From Leucoraja ocellata (Eukaryota), in assembly GCA_036785375.1 (NCBI GenBank), contig JAWMAR010000024.1, positions 930,001 to 994,000 on the forward strand: a stretch of DNA of 64,000 nucleotides. The letters are read 5' to 3'. Below are positions 24,481-37,750 of this stretch, piece by piece; positions within the stretch are counted from its first letter, which is position 1; every line of letters starts with the position of its first letter. A program made the position numbers and the translations under genes. The notes beneath the pieces are model-generated. The model was not told the DNA's origin. It saw only the letters and a list, made by a program, of their open reading frames with translations, and made no database searches.

Positions 24481-27479
24481 CCTGATGCACCCAATGCCAT
24501 CAAATATTGTAAACATGTTTGTTCAATGCCTATATCCCATGCCAGCCATGTATTTAATCTATTTTTATCATCTTGGTTTATTTCTGCTCAAAATATATAC
24601 TTAAAAAGTAGAAGTTAATAAAATATATATTTTAAATTAAGAATAGAAGAGAGATCTCAAATCCTGCTTAGCCAACCATGTCACGATAGGTCAATGGCTG
24701 GCAATTTTTATTTTGCAAAACTGTTTTGGATTATTTGTTAAAGAGTGATATTTTATAATTATTGCATTTAGTTATCAGTTTTATAATTTAACTTAATTAA
24801 ATACAAAACTAACAATAGCCAGTACTAATCAGTAGGTCCCATTTAATAAATAATAGAACCAAGCTTTAAACATTATATGTCAATTGTTTGCTTGCCCATT
24901 GTTTTGTTAGCAAAATAAATAATCGATAATCATTACGTTGGTTTAAGAAAAAAGGTATTTTATTGTAAACTTTCATACTTCATATGGTTTGTGTTTATTA
25001 CAAAGCACAATTGAATGACTGTGCTTCTTAAAATTAATGTTATTGTTACATTGTTAAAATATTATTTTTTGACCAGATACAGCAAACACAATTTTTTTTC
25101 ATGTATATGTGCAGTTTATAAATGAGTATTATACTACCGTGTCTGCTTTTTTAAAGCTTACAGCGGCCAGTTGGTTTCTAGGACAGAAACATGCACATAT
25201 TAAAAGCCAAAGCCATTTTGTACTAGAAAGCCTAACTTTTTGCTAAATTCTCATTGCAATATTTGTATGAGAATGTGTATAAAATTTCTGATGCAGGTTA
25301 TTTGTGCTGAAGAAAATTAGGTTTAAAGTATATTTGACTAAAGTAACTCAATATTGTAATTATCTAGATAAAATAATAATTCATGATCATAAGAATTAAG
25401 TAAAAATTCGATGCAGGTATTACACAGTAACACGTGGTTAAACTATATGTAATTGCAATGTTTTATTAGGTTAGTAATCTAAAAATGGGAGAATCAAGCA
25501 TTTGATTGATACATTTGAAGCCAAAGCCATTTTTATTTAATTGAAAATATAAATACAATGTGTATAATTCCACAATAAATAACAGTGAAAACATCTTAAA
25601 ATACATTGTTTAAAATACCAATTACTATAACAAAGAATATAAATTATTGGATAGGTGGTATCTTTAAGTATTTACATTGAAAAAGTGAAATCTGATTTTG
25701 GTACTTTCTGTGATTACAAATCAAATACTTTATTTCATGACAAATTTGAAGAAATAACATTTTTTACATTTATTGTATTATATTTTTTTACTGTGTGCAC
25801 CAATGTGGGGTGCGGTATTATTTGAAATAGAGATTCTGGTTACGTTGGATTGTTATTTGGAATAAATATAAAAAGACGTACAGATTTTTTTTGTTACTTT
25901 AATCTAAAACACGGGAAGTATTTTTCCACACATGTCTAAGGCAACAATGGCACATATTTACATAAACATGGAATGAATTTTTAGAGAATGATGTAGCAAA
26001 ATGAGGAAGCAAATGAAGATATTTACTTTACAAAACAATTGACCATCAGTGATTGAATCTGTTCAGATATTGTTGTTTTGACATTATAAGAAAAAAATGT
26101 AGATATGTGCCAGCCTGTTTGAACATGTGGAATACGTATAGATTTTATAAAATGAGTTATCGTGAAACATATGGCATTCCATGTGCTTTAAATGGCCATA
26201 AGAGCTAAAGGCAGAGTGTACTGTATATTATTACGTTATTTAAAAGAAGACTATGGACATAATATTTAATGATAAATCAAACCCATAAATTTGACTGAAA
26301 ATAATAAAATTTCCAGAAAGAAAACATTCAATGCATTTTATTAATCAATTTTAATAAAACAGAATATTATCTTTTTAGTTTCTGGTATGTTTGAATAAAA
26401 GATTTGTTATGTTTGTAACTAATGAAGAATTATAGATGTGGGTAGTTTGTTAAATAAAGTCAAAAATTGTTGTCAACCATTTGTGATAGATTTGGTTTTC
26501 AAAGCAAATTTTAGTTGCTCTCTACGTACTCTAAATTGTTCTCTTGGAAATATATTGTACAAAAGGGGACAATTGAAATTTTAAAATGCATTTTGTTAAT
26601 GTGCACATCACTAAATACAATGTAAAGATGACAAGGCATTTCAAAATTAAGATAAGCAGAGAAACACGATAAGCATGACCGGTACTGTTATATTTTCAAG
26701 GTGTTATTTGAAGTAATTATTAGATTACATTGTTTGTTTGAAAAATCAAAAATTATTTTAAAAGACGGGGACTGAATTGTAAAATTTAAGTTGCTGTTGA
26801 ATCAAAAGAATAATGAACTCAAAATGGAGGAATGCTTTTTTGCCTGTAAAGGAATATTATAAAATTTGTCACAAGTTAGGATATAATAAATATCGCAAGA
26901 ACAAAGGCAACAAAAGTATATTTTGAATTATATTATAATTTTCAAAACATTGTGTACTTCCTTTTACGCGTGTCTTTGTATTAGAGACAGATAGTTACAT
27001 TAAAACAATTTAAATGGCCAATTCCTCAACAATTTTTCTCTTGTAAATTGGTAAAAAATGTGTAAAAATCAGAATGCATTTTTAAAACTAATGTCGAATG
27101 TAAGATATATATTGCAAGGTCAGTTACAGTATCATAGGAATCAGTGGCTGTTTAGTTAACACCTGTGCATACACCAGGCATTTAAATTCACCAAGAAACG
27201 AACTATGATTTTCAAATGAAATAATATTGTTCATTGTAACTGAAATCACTTTTTACGAGGCAAAGCTGTCAGATTAATATGTATTGTTTTCACATTAGAG
27301 TCCAAGAGTGTTTGATAACATGCAATTTATTGTAAAAGGAATAGCGATTGAAATAAATGATCACACGGACATGCACCGGAATGTTGAGAGTAAATATTTT
27401 CAATTTATTTTGCTAATTTGCCATAAATGTTAGAGAAATTCTGATCACATTCATCACTTCCGTGTTTGTGTGGCAGCAG

Positions 27480-27790
27480 AATCTCACGAGACGGTGACGG
27501 TGACTGGGACTTCGTGTGACGCTGGGGTTGTGGGGGATGGAGTTTAAATTACCCTTGAACCTACGGGGCGACATCACGATCAAACTACATGTCCCGTAAT
27601 GCAATGCGCGCCAGTAGTCGTCCCGGAAACGACCGTGGGCTTGACGTGCACGCTAACCAATGGCCAGCGGGGAAGCGAAGGGGTTGTCCAATGAATGGCC
27701 GGAGGGGGGCGGATGCGTCTGGTCACGTGTCCTGCTGCTCTTGCGCGGCCTCAGTAGCAGGTAGCTAGTTGTTGCTGCCAGTGCTCAAGT
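27480..27790 (+). promoter_or_regulatory. hsd17b12 CpG-island promoter
   Basis: ZNF143/SBS-like ACTACATGTCCCGTAATGCA (~27584-27603); two CCAAT boxes (27657, 27688); GC box GGGGGCGG (~27705); E-box GTCACGTG (27722-27729). Confidence 0.75.
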
Positions 27791-27791
27791 G

Positions 27792-27963
27792 ATGGGTCCC
27801 GCTGAGATGTTGGGCTCCGTGTCGGCGCCCCAGCTCTTTTACTGGGTCGGGGTCGCCGCTGTGACCTGGCTTTCGTTGAAAATGACGTGCCGGCTGTTGA
27901 ACGGGGCGCGGGTCTTCCTAGTCGGGACCGACCTCAAGGTGGAAAGCTTCGGTCGCTGGGCAG
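27792..27963 (+). CDS. HSD17B12: Very-long-chain 3-oxoacyl-CoA reductase / 17-beta-HSD12, coding exon 1
   Basis: MGPAEMLGSVSAPQLFYWVGVAAVTWLSLKMTCRLLNGARVFLVGTDLKVESFGRWA; YWVG and G.WA as in HSD17B12; donor CAG|gtgagt, phase 1; alternative ATG at 27807. Confidence 0.92.
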
Positions 27964-27972
27964 GTGAGTAGC

Positions 27973-28095
27973 GGGGCCCGGGCGTGGGGAGGAATTGGCG
28001 GCCGGGCGAAGAGTGCTGGGACCCGGGTGTCCTGGGGAATGGGCGGCCGGTGGGCGGGTGGTGGGGCCCGGGCGTGCGGAGGAATGTGCCGGCTC
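27973..28095 (+). repeat. GC-rich 45-bp minisatellite (about 3 units) at the start of intron 1
   Basis: Units GGG(G/A)CCCGGG(C/T)GT...GGAAT start at 27973, 28018 and 28063. Confidence 0.7.
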
Positions 28096-31000
28096 CCAGC
28101 GGCCACTAAACGTCGACAAAGCAATTATGGAGCCGAGGGTTCCCCCCAGTTCTGTTGTCTCTAATCTTGACTAACTCCCGTCCACCGAACCATCACCCCT
28201 CCCCTGTCCCACTCTGAGTCCGGTGCAGGTATGGGTTTGTAATCCCCGCGATTAGAAGAGTGGAAACGTGAGGAGTTAGTGACAGGGTGAGATGCAGGTC
28301 ATTGTTTAATGTAAGAGGTCCCCATTTGAAAGATCAGTTTTTTTTTAAACGATAGTTATGAGTGTTTAGAATTGTTCCTCAAAGGGCGGTGGAAACCGAT
28401 TTTTGAATACCTTTGAGGCACAGGGAGATATAATTGAAAAGTGAATCGATAAATGTACATGATTTAAAAAAAAAGATTTAGATTTAAATCGTTTGAACCG
28501 TGATTTTAATAATGCAGATTTGAGATGCTCTAGTACCTAATGTGCAAGTTCATACATTGCATTAATTGTGTGTCCTGCACTCACCCATTACTTTGCTTTT
28601 TTTTTACTCTCTATTTTGTGAATCCAGGTATTATATCACTCTAGCAATTCTACCATTTTTTCCATGTTATTTTATAGCTTTGGTAATTATATTTAAAATA
28701 TTAGGATTTTTCATCAGTTTATCTGCAAATTAACCATGGCTTATTTCATCATATTGATATTCAAAAATGATTTGTATCACATAACAGACATGGAACTTAG
28801 CAATACTTAGTTTTGAAGACATGGTAGTAACTTGAATATCTAATTAAGGGATGAAGTGTAAATATTAATGTTGAATAGATGTTTTTTTCCCACTAGAGAG
28901 AAATATGTTCCAATTACATTTTGCTAGTAACAGTTTGTGCAAAAAGTTTTCAGATCTTGTTAGACTTGACAATGTTGTCATAGGTTTTAGGAGCCATAGT
29001 TAAACTTGCAAATTAGGCAGTCTCTGCTTTAAAAGAACACTTAACCAGAATATTATGTGAACGTATCCTTGTGTCTGATACTGTATTATTTATCTCTGGA
29101 TGTGGGGGTGGGGGTTGGGAGGTGTCATTTTATTTATTCCATGTAGTGAAGATAGTGTAATGAGGTTTTATCTTCAACATACAGTATTTTGTAAATGTGA
29201 AGACTATGAATGTGATAAAACATCAGTGTTGGGAACTGTGAAGAGAATAATTATTGCAGTAGGGTATAAATCCAAACATTTGTGGAATGGCAGATGATAT
29301 TTATGGTGGTGAAATGTAAGTTAATGCATTTTGGTGGGAAGAGAAGAGGTGATATAGAATGAAACGTACTGTTCTAAAAGGTTTAGGAGTAGAGGGACAG
29401 GATATGTGTATAAATTATTGAAAGTGGTAGGGCAAATTGAGGAAATGGGCTGTCAAGGGACAGATTACAAAAGCAGGGAATTTATGTGAAACCTTTTTAA
29501 AAAAAACTACTGTTCCCTCAACAAAAATATTTTATTGTGGTTGCCACAAAGGAGGAATGTGATGGTATTATGGGGGCGGGGTACAAAAATGAAGAAATGC
29601 ACCATGTTTGGAATATGGAATGGATTGGAATATGGCCTGCATTTATGGTGTTGACGGGCTCCATTGGCCTTGAAGAGGGAATTGGTGGAGAAATGTTTAC
29701 AAGACCACAATGGAAAGGTGGTGTGAGAAGCTGGATTTGCTCTAGTGGAGAGCATGGGCATGATGGGTTGAATGTCTGCCTGTACTGTAATTATTTGTTA
29801 TTCTAGCATTGTTTTTTGTGCAGTTTCATTCTTCAGCTTTTATTTGTATCTACATTTGGCAGATCCACTAAATAACATGGCTTCACCAACCTCCGCCAGC
29901 AACACTGGCTTTGGTATCATTCAGTCTTGTCACATTTTTTTGCAACTCTCATTACTTTCCAACTTTTTGTAGTATTAGTATGAGGTAATTTATCTAAAAA
30001 GTTAACTTTGTTTCTCTCTACACAGACTGTCTAATCTTCTGAATATTTACATCATTTTACTTTTATTTCATTTCTCAGACACGTGTTCTTCAACGTTTAA
30101 TCTTTACTGGATACAGGCATGGCTTGCCTGTATTGTTCATCCCTAAATCCCCTTGAAAGTGGTGGTGAGCTGCCACTCTGAACTGCTACTGCCTGTATGA
30201 AGAGGCATTCACATGCTGCTGATCACATGTTAGTTTGGCCCAGCAATGATTATAGCTTCTATGAATGTTTGGTTTAGAGTGAATTGGCAAATGATAGTGC
30301 CATTTTGCTTTTACCTTCAAGTTGATGAAGATCATGAGTTTGGGAGATGTTACCTGATATGCTGGAGCACTCCATTGTCACCATGTGCTGATCATGGAGG
30401 GAGTGAAAGGATGGTGGTTGTATTACCAGCCAATGGACAGAATTGTACTGGGTATTGTTAACCTGCTTGTATTGTTGGAACTGTGATGCCAGAAAGTGAA
30501 CAGATGCCATGCGGCAGAGGCCTGCCTGGGGCACCTTGGCCATGGTGCCCACCGGAAGACCCGAAGGCTCAGCTAATCTCATAACTGCGAACGCGCCTGG
30601 AGGACCAAAAGACTTGGAGGACTGCGGTACTGGGAGAGAGCTGCCGGAGATATCGAACACGAGGAACATGGGCCATTAGGAGGCTGATACCTCCAGCGCC
30701 TTCAAGGCTGGCTGCAGGAAGTGCCCACATGACGCAAAAATGGCTGGGTCAGTCGCGGGCCGATTCAGTTGGAGGTGATGGAGGAAGGCTCTGCAGGAGC
30801 CTCGAATTGGGAACTGTATTGTAGGGGTAATGTAATAGAACAAAGACAGGGTAAATAGTGGAACTGGATGAGGACATAGTGATGTGCAACTATTAGCCTA
30901 TTAGTGAATGGAGGCCTGCACAGCAGTCACCATGGTTTTTGTTTTCACCATTGAGTGGAAGCCATATCATGACCAATACTGAAATTTAATACATACTGAA

Positions 31001-33514
31001 ATACATACTGAAATTTAAGTACTGCTATCAGTTTCCCATTATCCAACTGATTTAATCCTTGTTCCTTACAGAAGCCTACCAATGTGTTGTGTAATTTGGA
31101 GACCAACACTGAGCAATGTAGTGAGTTGTGCTGTAGGTATAGTTACAATACATTTAGCATTTCCTGAGCTTTAGATTTTGTTCCCATCTATAAAATGCAA
31201 GTCTTTTCTTTAGAATTGTCTAGATTTCTGCAGCTCTCTAATTGTTTTCTTTAAAATAGATGTCACATTTGCTTCTGTTTGCTGAATTAAAAACAATTCT
31301 AGATGTTCACATTATATTAACCCTAGTTATCACCTTCGATATCAGATGGAAACCAGCGGTTGTTATTGCAAAAGCTAGGCCAGTGTTTCATCTATTTCTA
31401 ATGTTTTCTGTTTCAGTATCCCGCAATATTTTAGTTATCAAGATTGGGGCCTAAACCCAGTGAATTGTGCGAGATGCATTTTAAAGAAATAGTCATGATC
31501 TCCACTCTGTCTGTGCAGCAGAGGACTTCTCGTTGTTATAGGAACACCTGGGTAAACTACTTGGTTGACGTAGATTACATGAAATGGGTTTGCAAACCTT
31601 TTATTTAAAAAAAAATAATTACTTTGTTAATCATCCAACTTTTGTGCTGGTAACACCGTGTAGCCTCAGTTTTCAATATTAGATCAAATTTATATTTCTC
31701 ACTTTTCAAGGGATTGTGATTTCATTTAACTATGCACTCGTAAATTGTAAGTGCACACATTTCAGAATTGTTCAAATATACTTTGTAAACATTTATCAAT
31801 GACCTATGAGGTCACTTCATCTACACTAAATTTCAATGATTAAAGAAATATGGATAAGAAACCAATTGATACCATCCAATCACTAACCCTGAAAACACCA
31901 TTTATGGAACACTAACTGGAAATGCTGGAAACAACTTTTGCCTTTTCCCAGTTGTAACAAAGGTCTTGTTAATTCCACTTCCTTCCACAGGTGCCTACCT
32001 AAGTTGAATATTTCCAGTCTGTACTTTTTTTGTTTTTTTCAATTGATTTGTTGTATTATTTCTCCTTTGCAGATAACGATGAACGATGGCAGTATACAAT
32101 GTAGCGTAGGAAGAGACTGGGAATGCAAATTTATTTTGAAGTCCATTGATCCATTGTACAATTAATTTGACATGCACGATACTGAATTCTGATGTGCATT
32201 TATGGATCGCAAGCAGTGCCATTCATACAATAAACCTTTGGCCTGAATAATTTTAAGTTCTGAGTGGATTTGAACAAAATATTTGCCATGTGACCAGAGA
32301 AGTGGTTCTGACATGGACTGTCATCAGCTGAATAACTTTCTATTGCAATCATTGGTTATAACTTTTATTTTTTAGGATGTAGACTCTGTCTTCACAGCCA
32401 ACACTTTATCTTTGGTTCCCATTGAGAATGAGTTAAGTTGAGAATGACTCAAAACTATAGTTTGTGAAGAATGGCATGTCATAGGACGATGGCTCAGAAA
32501 TGAAGGTAACATATTGATGGCAGAAAGGTTGCAGGGAGTCGGAAGGATATTTATGCCACAAAATACCCAGTTAGGACCTTGTTGCTTATTGTCTTGTCAT
32601 CAGAAACACTTCTTGCCTCATACCATCACCACCACCCCTCATCCATGACCGGGTATGCGGTTATGTGCAATTTGTAATCTATGCTTGAATTCTGTCCAGA
32701 TTTTGCAGCATGTGGGCTATGTTCAGTTATCATTTCTGATCTTATGATTGAAGGAATTTTGTGGAGCCACTTGAAAATAGTAAGATCAAACATAGTTCCC
32801 TGTCGAACACTTTACATGATCAGCTTTGCATTTTGCACATGTTCTGTGAACAATCTATTTGGAGGAGTATTTTATTTTCAAACTAAAAAATGCCCTTAAT
32901 GTCTCTTTCTATTTTATCCTTTACTCTCTCAACCCTGTATTCACTATATCCTACATGAATGTTCTTACTCCTCTCTGGGCCAGAAACGGTATAGAATTTA
33001 TAAAAAAGACACAAGCAAGGGGAGGTTTGATGGGCAGATAGTTAGACAGAGGTGTGAGATAAAAGGACAAAATATGCTAAGTGACTTGGTAGTATGAATT
33101 TAGAACTAGTTTACAGAAGGCAGGATGGGGGTGGAAGGACAATATTCAGACTAGAGGTCTGTGATCAGTGGAGATTCAAGGGGCACTGTGCTGGGACCTA
33201 TTTGTGATTATTTGTGATTATATACAAATCACTTGGATACAAATGTAGACATGTTGGCTACTAAGTTTGCAGATGGCGCCAGGATTGCTGAGGTCGCAGG
33301 CTGAGGAAGTCTGTCGAAGTATATAGCTACAGAAATGGTGAAAAATAGATGGAGTTTAATCTGAACAAGTGCGAGGTGTCTGACTATGGGATGTCAAATG
33401 TAAGCGTAAAATATACAATTAATGGCATGACCTTTAACAGCATTTATGTTCAGAGAGATTTGGGGGTCCTAGTCAATATCTCCCTAGATGGAGTGGGAAA
33501 GGCGGCATATGGTA

Positions 33515-34266
33515 CCATTGATTATCAGAGGGGACTGTGTGGAGAGGGTGGCAGATTTCCGCTTCCTGGGAATCCATATTGAGGAGGACCTGACGTGGAG
33601 CGTGAACACCTCTGCGCTGCTGAAAAAGGTCCAGCAGAGACTGCACTTCCTGAGGGTGCTGAGGAAGAATAACATCACTCAGAGACTGCTGCTGTCCTTT
33701 TATCGGTGCTCCATTGAGAGCATACTAACATTACTGTGTATGCGTGTGGTACACCAGCTGCACAGCGGCTCAGAGGAAAGCGCTCCAGAGGGCCATTGAC
33801 AACGCCCAGAGGATTGTCGGCTGCCCTCTCCTTACCTTGGAGGACTTACACAGTTCCCGCTGCATGAAAAAATCCCAGAGTATTATAAAGGACATTTCCC
33901 ACCCCGGACACTCTCTGTTTGAACTGTTGCCGTCAGGCAGACGGTACAGATCTACAAGGACAAGGACGAACAGACGAAACACTTTTACCCCACTGCTATA
34001 AAATAACTAAATGTAGCTGCCAAGGAACGCAGGGGCGATACAGACTTAAGGGACTGTGGTACACTGTGAAATCGACACAAGGATGGAGGGTTGGGTGTTT
34101 ATGCGTGCTATTTTCATGATATTTATTTTAGTTGTTTATCTTTTAATATTTTATCTTGTATGTATCGTTAGCTTTTAGAAATGTTTGAATGGTGCACTGA
34201 CTGGCTGACATTTTTAAATTTTGTTGTACATGGTTCATGTTACAATGACAATAAAGAAACTATTCT
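33515..34266 (+). mobile_element. L2/Rex1-Babar-type LINE 3' part
   Basis: FRFLGIHIEEDLTWSVNT...QRLHFLRVLRK...FYRCSIESIL / WYTSCT...RKALQR...HPGHSLFELLPSGRRYR; aataaa and ctatt tail; TSD ATATGGTA 33507-33514 and 34267-34274. Confidence 0.88.
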
Positions 34267-34442
34267 ATATGGTATGCTTACTTTCTTCAGCCGGGCCATT
34301 GAGAAAAAGAGTCAGGAAGTCATGATGTAGCTTTACAGCATTTAAGATTAAGCTGTGTTTGTAAGTATTGCGTGCCATTCGGGTCGCGTCATTATAGGAC
34401 AGGGTGCAGAGGAGATTTATCAGTGATGCCTGTATTAGTTTA

Positions 34443-34616
34443 AGAATGAACTGCAGATGCTAGAAAATCGAAGGTACACAAAAATGCTGGAGAAACTCAG
34501 TGGGTGCAGCAGCATCTATGGAGCGAATGAAATAGGCAACGTTTCGGGCCGAAACCATTTCCTTTGCTCCATAGATGCTGCTGCACCCGCTGAGTTTCTC
34601 CAGCATTTTTGTGTAC
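34443..34616. mobile_element. Penelope-derived palindromic element
   Basis: Same family as 14973-15159; direct repeat CCTGTATTAGTTTA at 34429-34442 and 34617-34630. Confidence 0.9.
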
Positions 34617-35177
34617 CCTGTATTAGTTTATATTGGCTATGGGGGGAGGTTGGACAGGTTTGGATTGTTTTCTCTGGAACATGCGGGAAGACCCGATAGG
34701 GATTATGCACTGACGGATAGTTGGTGTAGACATCACGTTCTGCACAGCCATTTTGTGAGCCGAAGGGCATTTTCTGTTCTGTTCTATGGTATCATATGTG
34801 CTGTTTTGAAATGTATATTGTTGATATTTTCCTCTCCTTGGTGTTCTTTATCTCAAATGTTACTACATTAGTAACAATTTTAAGACCAATGAGCCAAAGG
34901 ACAATGGTTTAAAAGAAACATTGTTCAATATAAAATAAATAAGTATTGTTTAATTATACAGAAGATTGCAAAAGCTGTAAGTTTGGATATGAGCAATTCT
35001 AGGAATTTTTGAGCAGAACAGCACTATTGTTTCCCATCATTACTTGGGAATTGAGAAGATTGGAAAACATTTGCCTGGCTTTTAAAGGCGTATTTGGTTT
35101 TATATATAGGCTGGCATATGAACAATGTGAACTGCAGTCAAGGCAATTTCAGTGTAGCTTGCAATAATACCATCGAT

Positions 35178-35325
35178 GTAGGAAAGAACTGCAGATGCTG
35201 GTTTAAATTGAAGGTAAATACAAAATGCTGGAGTAACTCAGCGGGAAAGGAAGCCCCTCTGGAGATAAGGAATGGATGACGTTTCTGGTCGAGACCCTTC
35301 AGACTGATGTCAGGAGTGGGCGGAT
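35178..35325 (-). mobile_element. Penelope-derived terminal fragment
   Basis: gaactgcagatgctggtttaaa...gacgtttctggtcgagacccttcagactgat. Confidence 0.8.
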
Positions 35326-36819
35326 GACCCATCTGGTTGGTCTGCAGTGGAAATTATTTTTAGATGCTTGTGTGCCATTTTTAGCTTGCAAAATAATCAT
35401 TCTCATTGAGATGGCAAGGCATCAATTCCTGTGATTGTGATGGGGGCAGGTTTTATTTCATCAATGAAGTAGAACATTTTCAGATCCTGATTTAACTTGG
35501 GGAATGAAACGAGTAGCTTGCAGATCTTGACGATCAATGTCCAATGTCCACAACAACAGTCAGTGAGAGGTTGGAAGGAATCCTTGAGACTTTTTTGTTT
35601 AACCTCAAAATGCAAGTGTAAATAATATTTCATATTTGGAGGATTCTAATCTATTATTTTGTACTTGTGTATGCAGAGGCCTCTCGGCACTTAATTAACA
35701 TATCCATACGGGCGTTGTTGCATTGGTATATATGCAGGATCTTCAATGGTTTCTAAATATAGCACAAAATGACGTGCCTTGTTTGAAGGGATCAATCTCA
35801 GTCGTCTATTTATAGAAGAAAGGAGATTGAAATAGCAATTCTCTTCCCATGTAATAGATCCCCAGGAGAGATGCTACTGCAGCCCTCAACAGTCGGTCCT
35901 TTGCACTTGCTTGAAGTGCAGCTGTCACGATTGCAGTGATATCAGCTGTGAATCAATGAAGTATTCTTGCACGCAGCCTTTCAGAAAAAGGTCACAATTT
36001 GCTGGATGATGTCAAAAATATTTAAAAATATCCCTGATATACACAAAGCTTTTAGGTTGTGTATTTATACTGAAGCGATTCAAAGCTAAACATTTGCCCA
36101 AGAGGTTGCAGAGGCAATTTTTCTAATTCATAGGTACAGAATATTATTGATAATTTAAAAAAAGGTTAAAACTACAAGTTAAAGCAGTTGAATATTGGCA
36201 ATATTTTCAGTTTACCCTGAGCTAGATGAAATTTCTTTTCTATACAGTGTCTCTAATTTTATTGCTGAATTCTTGAAAGACTGACACTGCAATATTTTAA
36301 TGTTCAAGAGTGTTTGCCATATGCACTGGAACTGGAAAATTATATTCTTATTTACAGTAGTTTTCACAGGCACATTTATTTGACATTTGTTTCATTAAAC
36401 AATAATACATGTCGATTGGTGGTCTGGCCTCTACCCCCACCTGTAATCTGGGCAAATCTATCCCCCCCACCCCACAAAAAGTTCCCTTAACAAAGTGGTA
36501 CCCAGGCCAGGTGAGGTGGCCGATATCCACCTCATCTGGACTTCCGCGGCCAAACAGCAGGTAGAATTTGCCATCTGTTATAGACAATAGGCCATTCGGC
36601 CCTGTGAGCCGGCACAGCCAATCAATGTGATGGCTGATCATCCACAATCAGTACCCCGTTCCTGCCTTCTGTCCATATCCCTTAACTCTGCTTGCGGGGC
36701 TCTGAAACTCTGGCCCAGTCAGAGTGGGCAGATCATTCCCTTTGCTGGCTGGTACCTCAGCGCCCCACCCCCTCCCAGGCCGTGACCTCTTGTTGGTCCA
36801 GCAAAACGAATAATCCAGT

Positions 36820-36955
36820 CTTCTTCTTTCGTGTGGCATGCACAGCCTAAAGTTGTTGGACAACTTGTTCTATTTGATCTTCCGTTTGTGCACGTCGAGT
36901 TGATTGCATTAGTCGAAACAGGGCGGACCACGTGGAGGTTGCAATCTTCTACCCC
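36820..36955 (-). mobile_element. Short non-autonomous retroelement with 5' HDV-like ribozyme (copy A)
   Basis: TSD AATAATCCAGT 36809-36819 and 36956-36966; (GAA)n 3' tail; 5' 54 nt fit the HDV double-pseudoknot. Confidence 0.88.
36902..36955 (-). ncRNA. Minimal HDV-like self-cleaving ribozyme
   Basis: GGGGUAG AA GAUUGCA ACC UCCACGU GGU CCGCCCU G UUUCGA CUAA UGCAAUC = P1,J1/2,P2,P3,L3,P3',P1',P1.1,mini-P4,J4/2,P2'; one A-C mismatch in P1. Confidence 0.8.
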
Positions 36956-36989
36956 AATAATCCAGTAAGGATCTGGAATCAAGGGTGTT

Positions 36990-37440
36990 AGAAAATTGAA
37001 GGTGGACCTGTAGAATAAATTGTCAGTAATACAAAATCCATTGTAGTTTGGTACGCAGGTGGAGTTTGGGTTGTGCTGGATGGTTCAAGAACCTGATGGT
37101 TGTTCTTGGAACTGGAGGTAATGGTTCTCACTCTTGCACCACCCTCCCGATGATTGCAGTGAGGTGAGAGTGTAGCTCGCGTGGTGTCGGTCTTTGATGT
37201 TAGCTGCTGCCTTGAGGAAGTATTTTGTTTGGTGAGGTAGTCAATACCTGTGGTGGACTGAGTAATTCCTGCCAACTTCTCCAACCTCCTTAGTTCTTGG
37301 GTGATCAAGTTGCCGATACAACAGGTTAGTATGCTCTCCATTGAACATGTGGAAGTTTGAGAGAGTATTTGGCAACATGCTGAATCTCCTGATGCTGCTC
37401 AGAAAGAGGTGTTGATGAGTTGTTTCTGTGATTGCAATAG
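36990..37440 (-). mobile_element. Degraded L2/Rex-type LINE fragment
   Basis: ESILTCCIGNL..QELRRLEKL resembles the ESILT...W.GN....RK.LQR segment of 33515-34266. Confidence 0.6.
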
Positions 37441-37577
37441 TTGACAGAAATTAAGTGCCTTCATGCAATGATTAACTTACACATTTTTGCTTTCTGGCTG
37501 TGGCTGACATTAATAAAGCTACATTTAGTGGTCATTCCACATTGGTTTGATAATCTGGTGGTAAGTCATTGTAATGG

Positions 37578-37750
37578 AGACAAGTTCTGGAGTAACTCAG
37601 CAAGTCAGGCAGCATCTCTGGAGAACAGGGATAGATGACGTTTCGGGTCGGGACCCTTCTGAAGAAGCGTCACCTGTCCGTGTTCTCCAGAGAAGCTGCC
37701 TGACCTGCTGATTACTCCAGCACAGTGTCCTTTGTGTAAATCAGCAAACC
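37578..37750. mobile_element. Penelope-derived inverted-repeat element
   Basis: Inverted arms around gacgtttcgggtcgggacccttc. Confidence 0.8.

Larger units (their letters stand above)
33110..34700 (+). mobile_element. Degraded CR1 RT fragment carrying two nested insertions
   Basis: MEFNLNKCEV...QRDLGVLV in ORF 33349-33582; CR1 sequence resumes after 34267. Confidence 0.75.
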
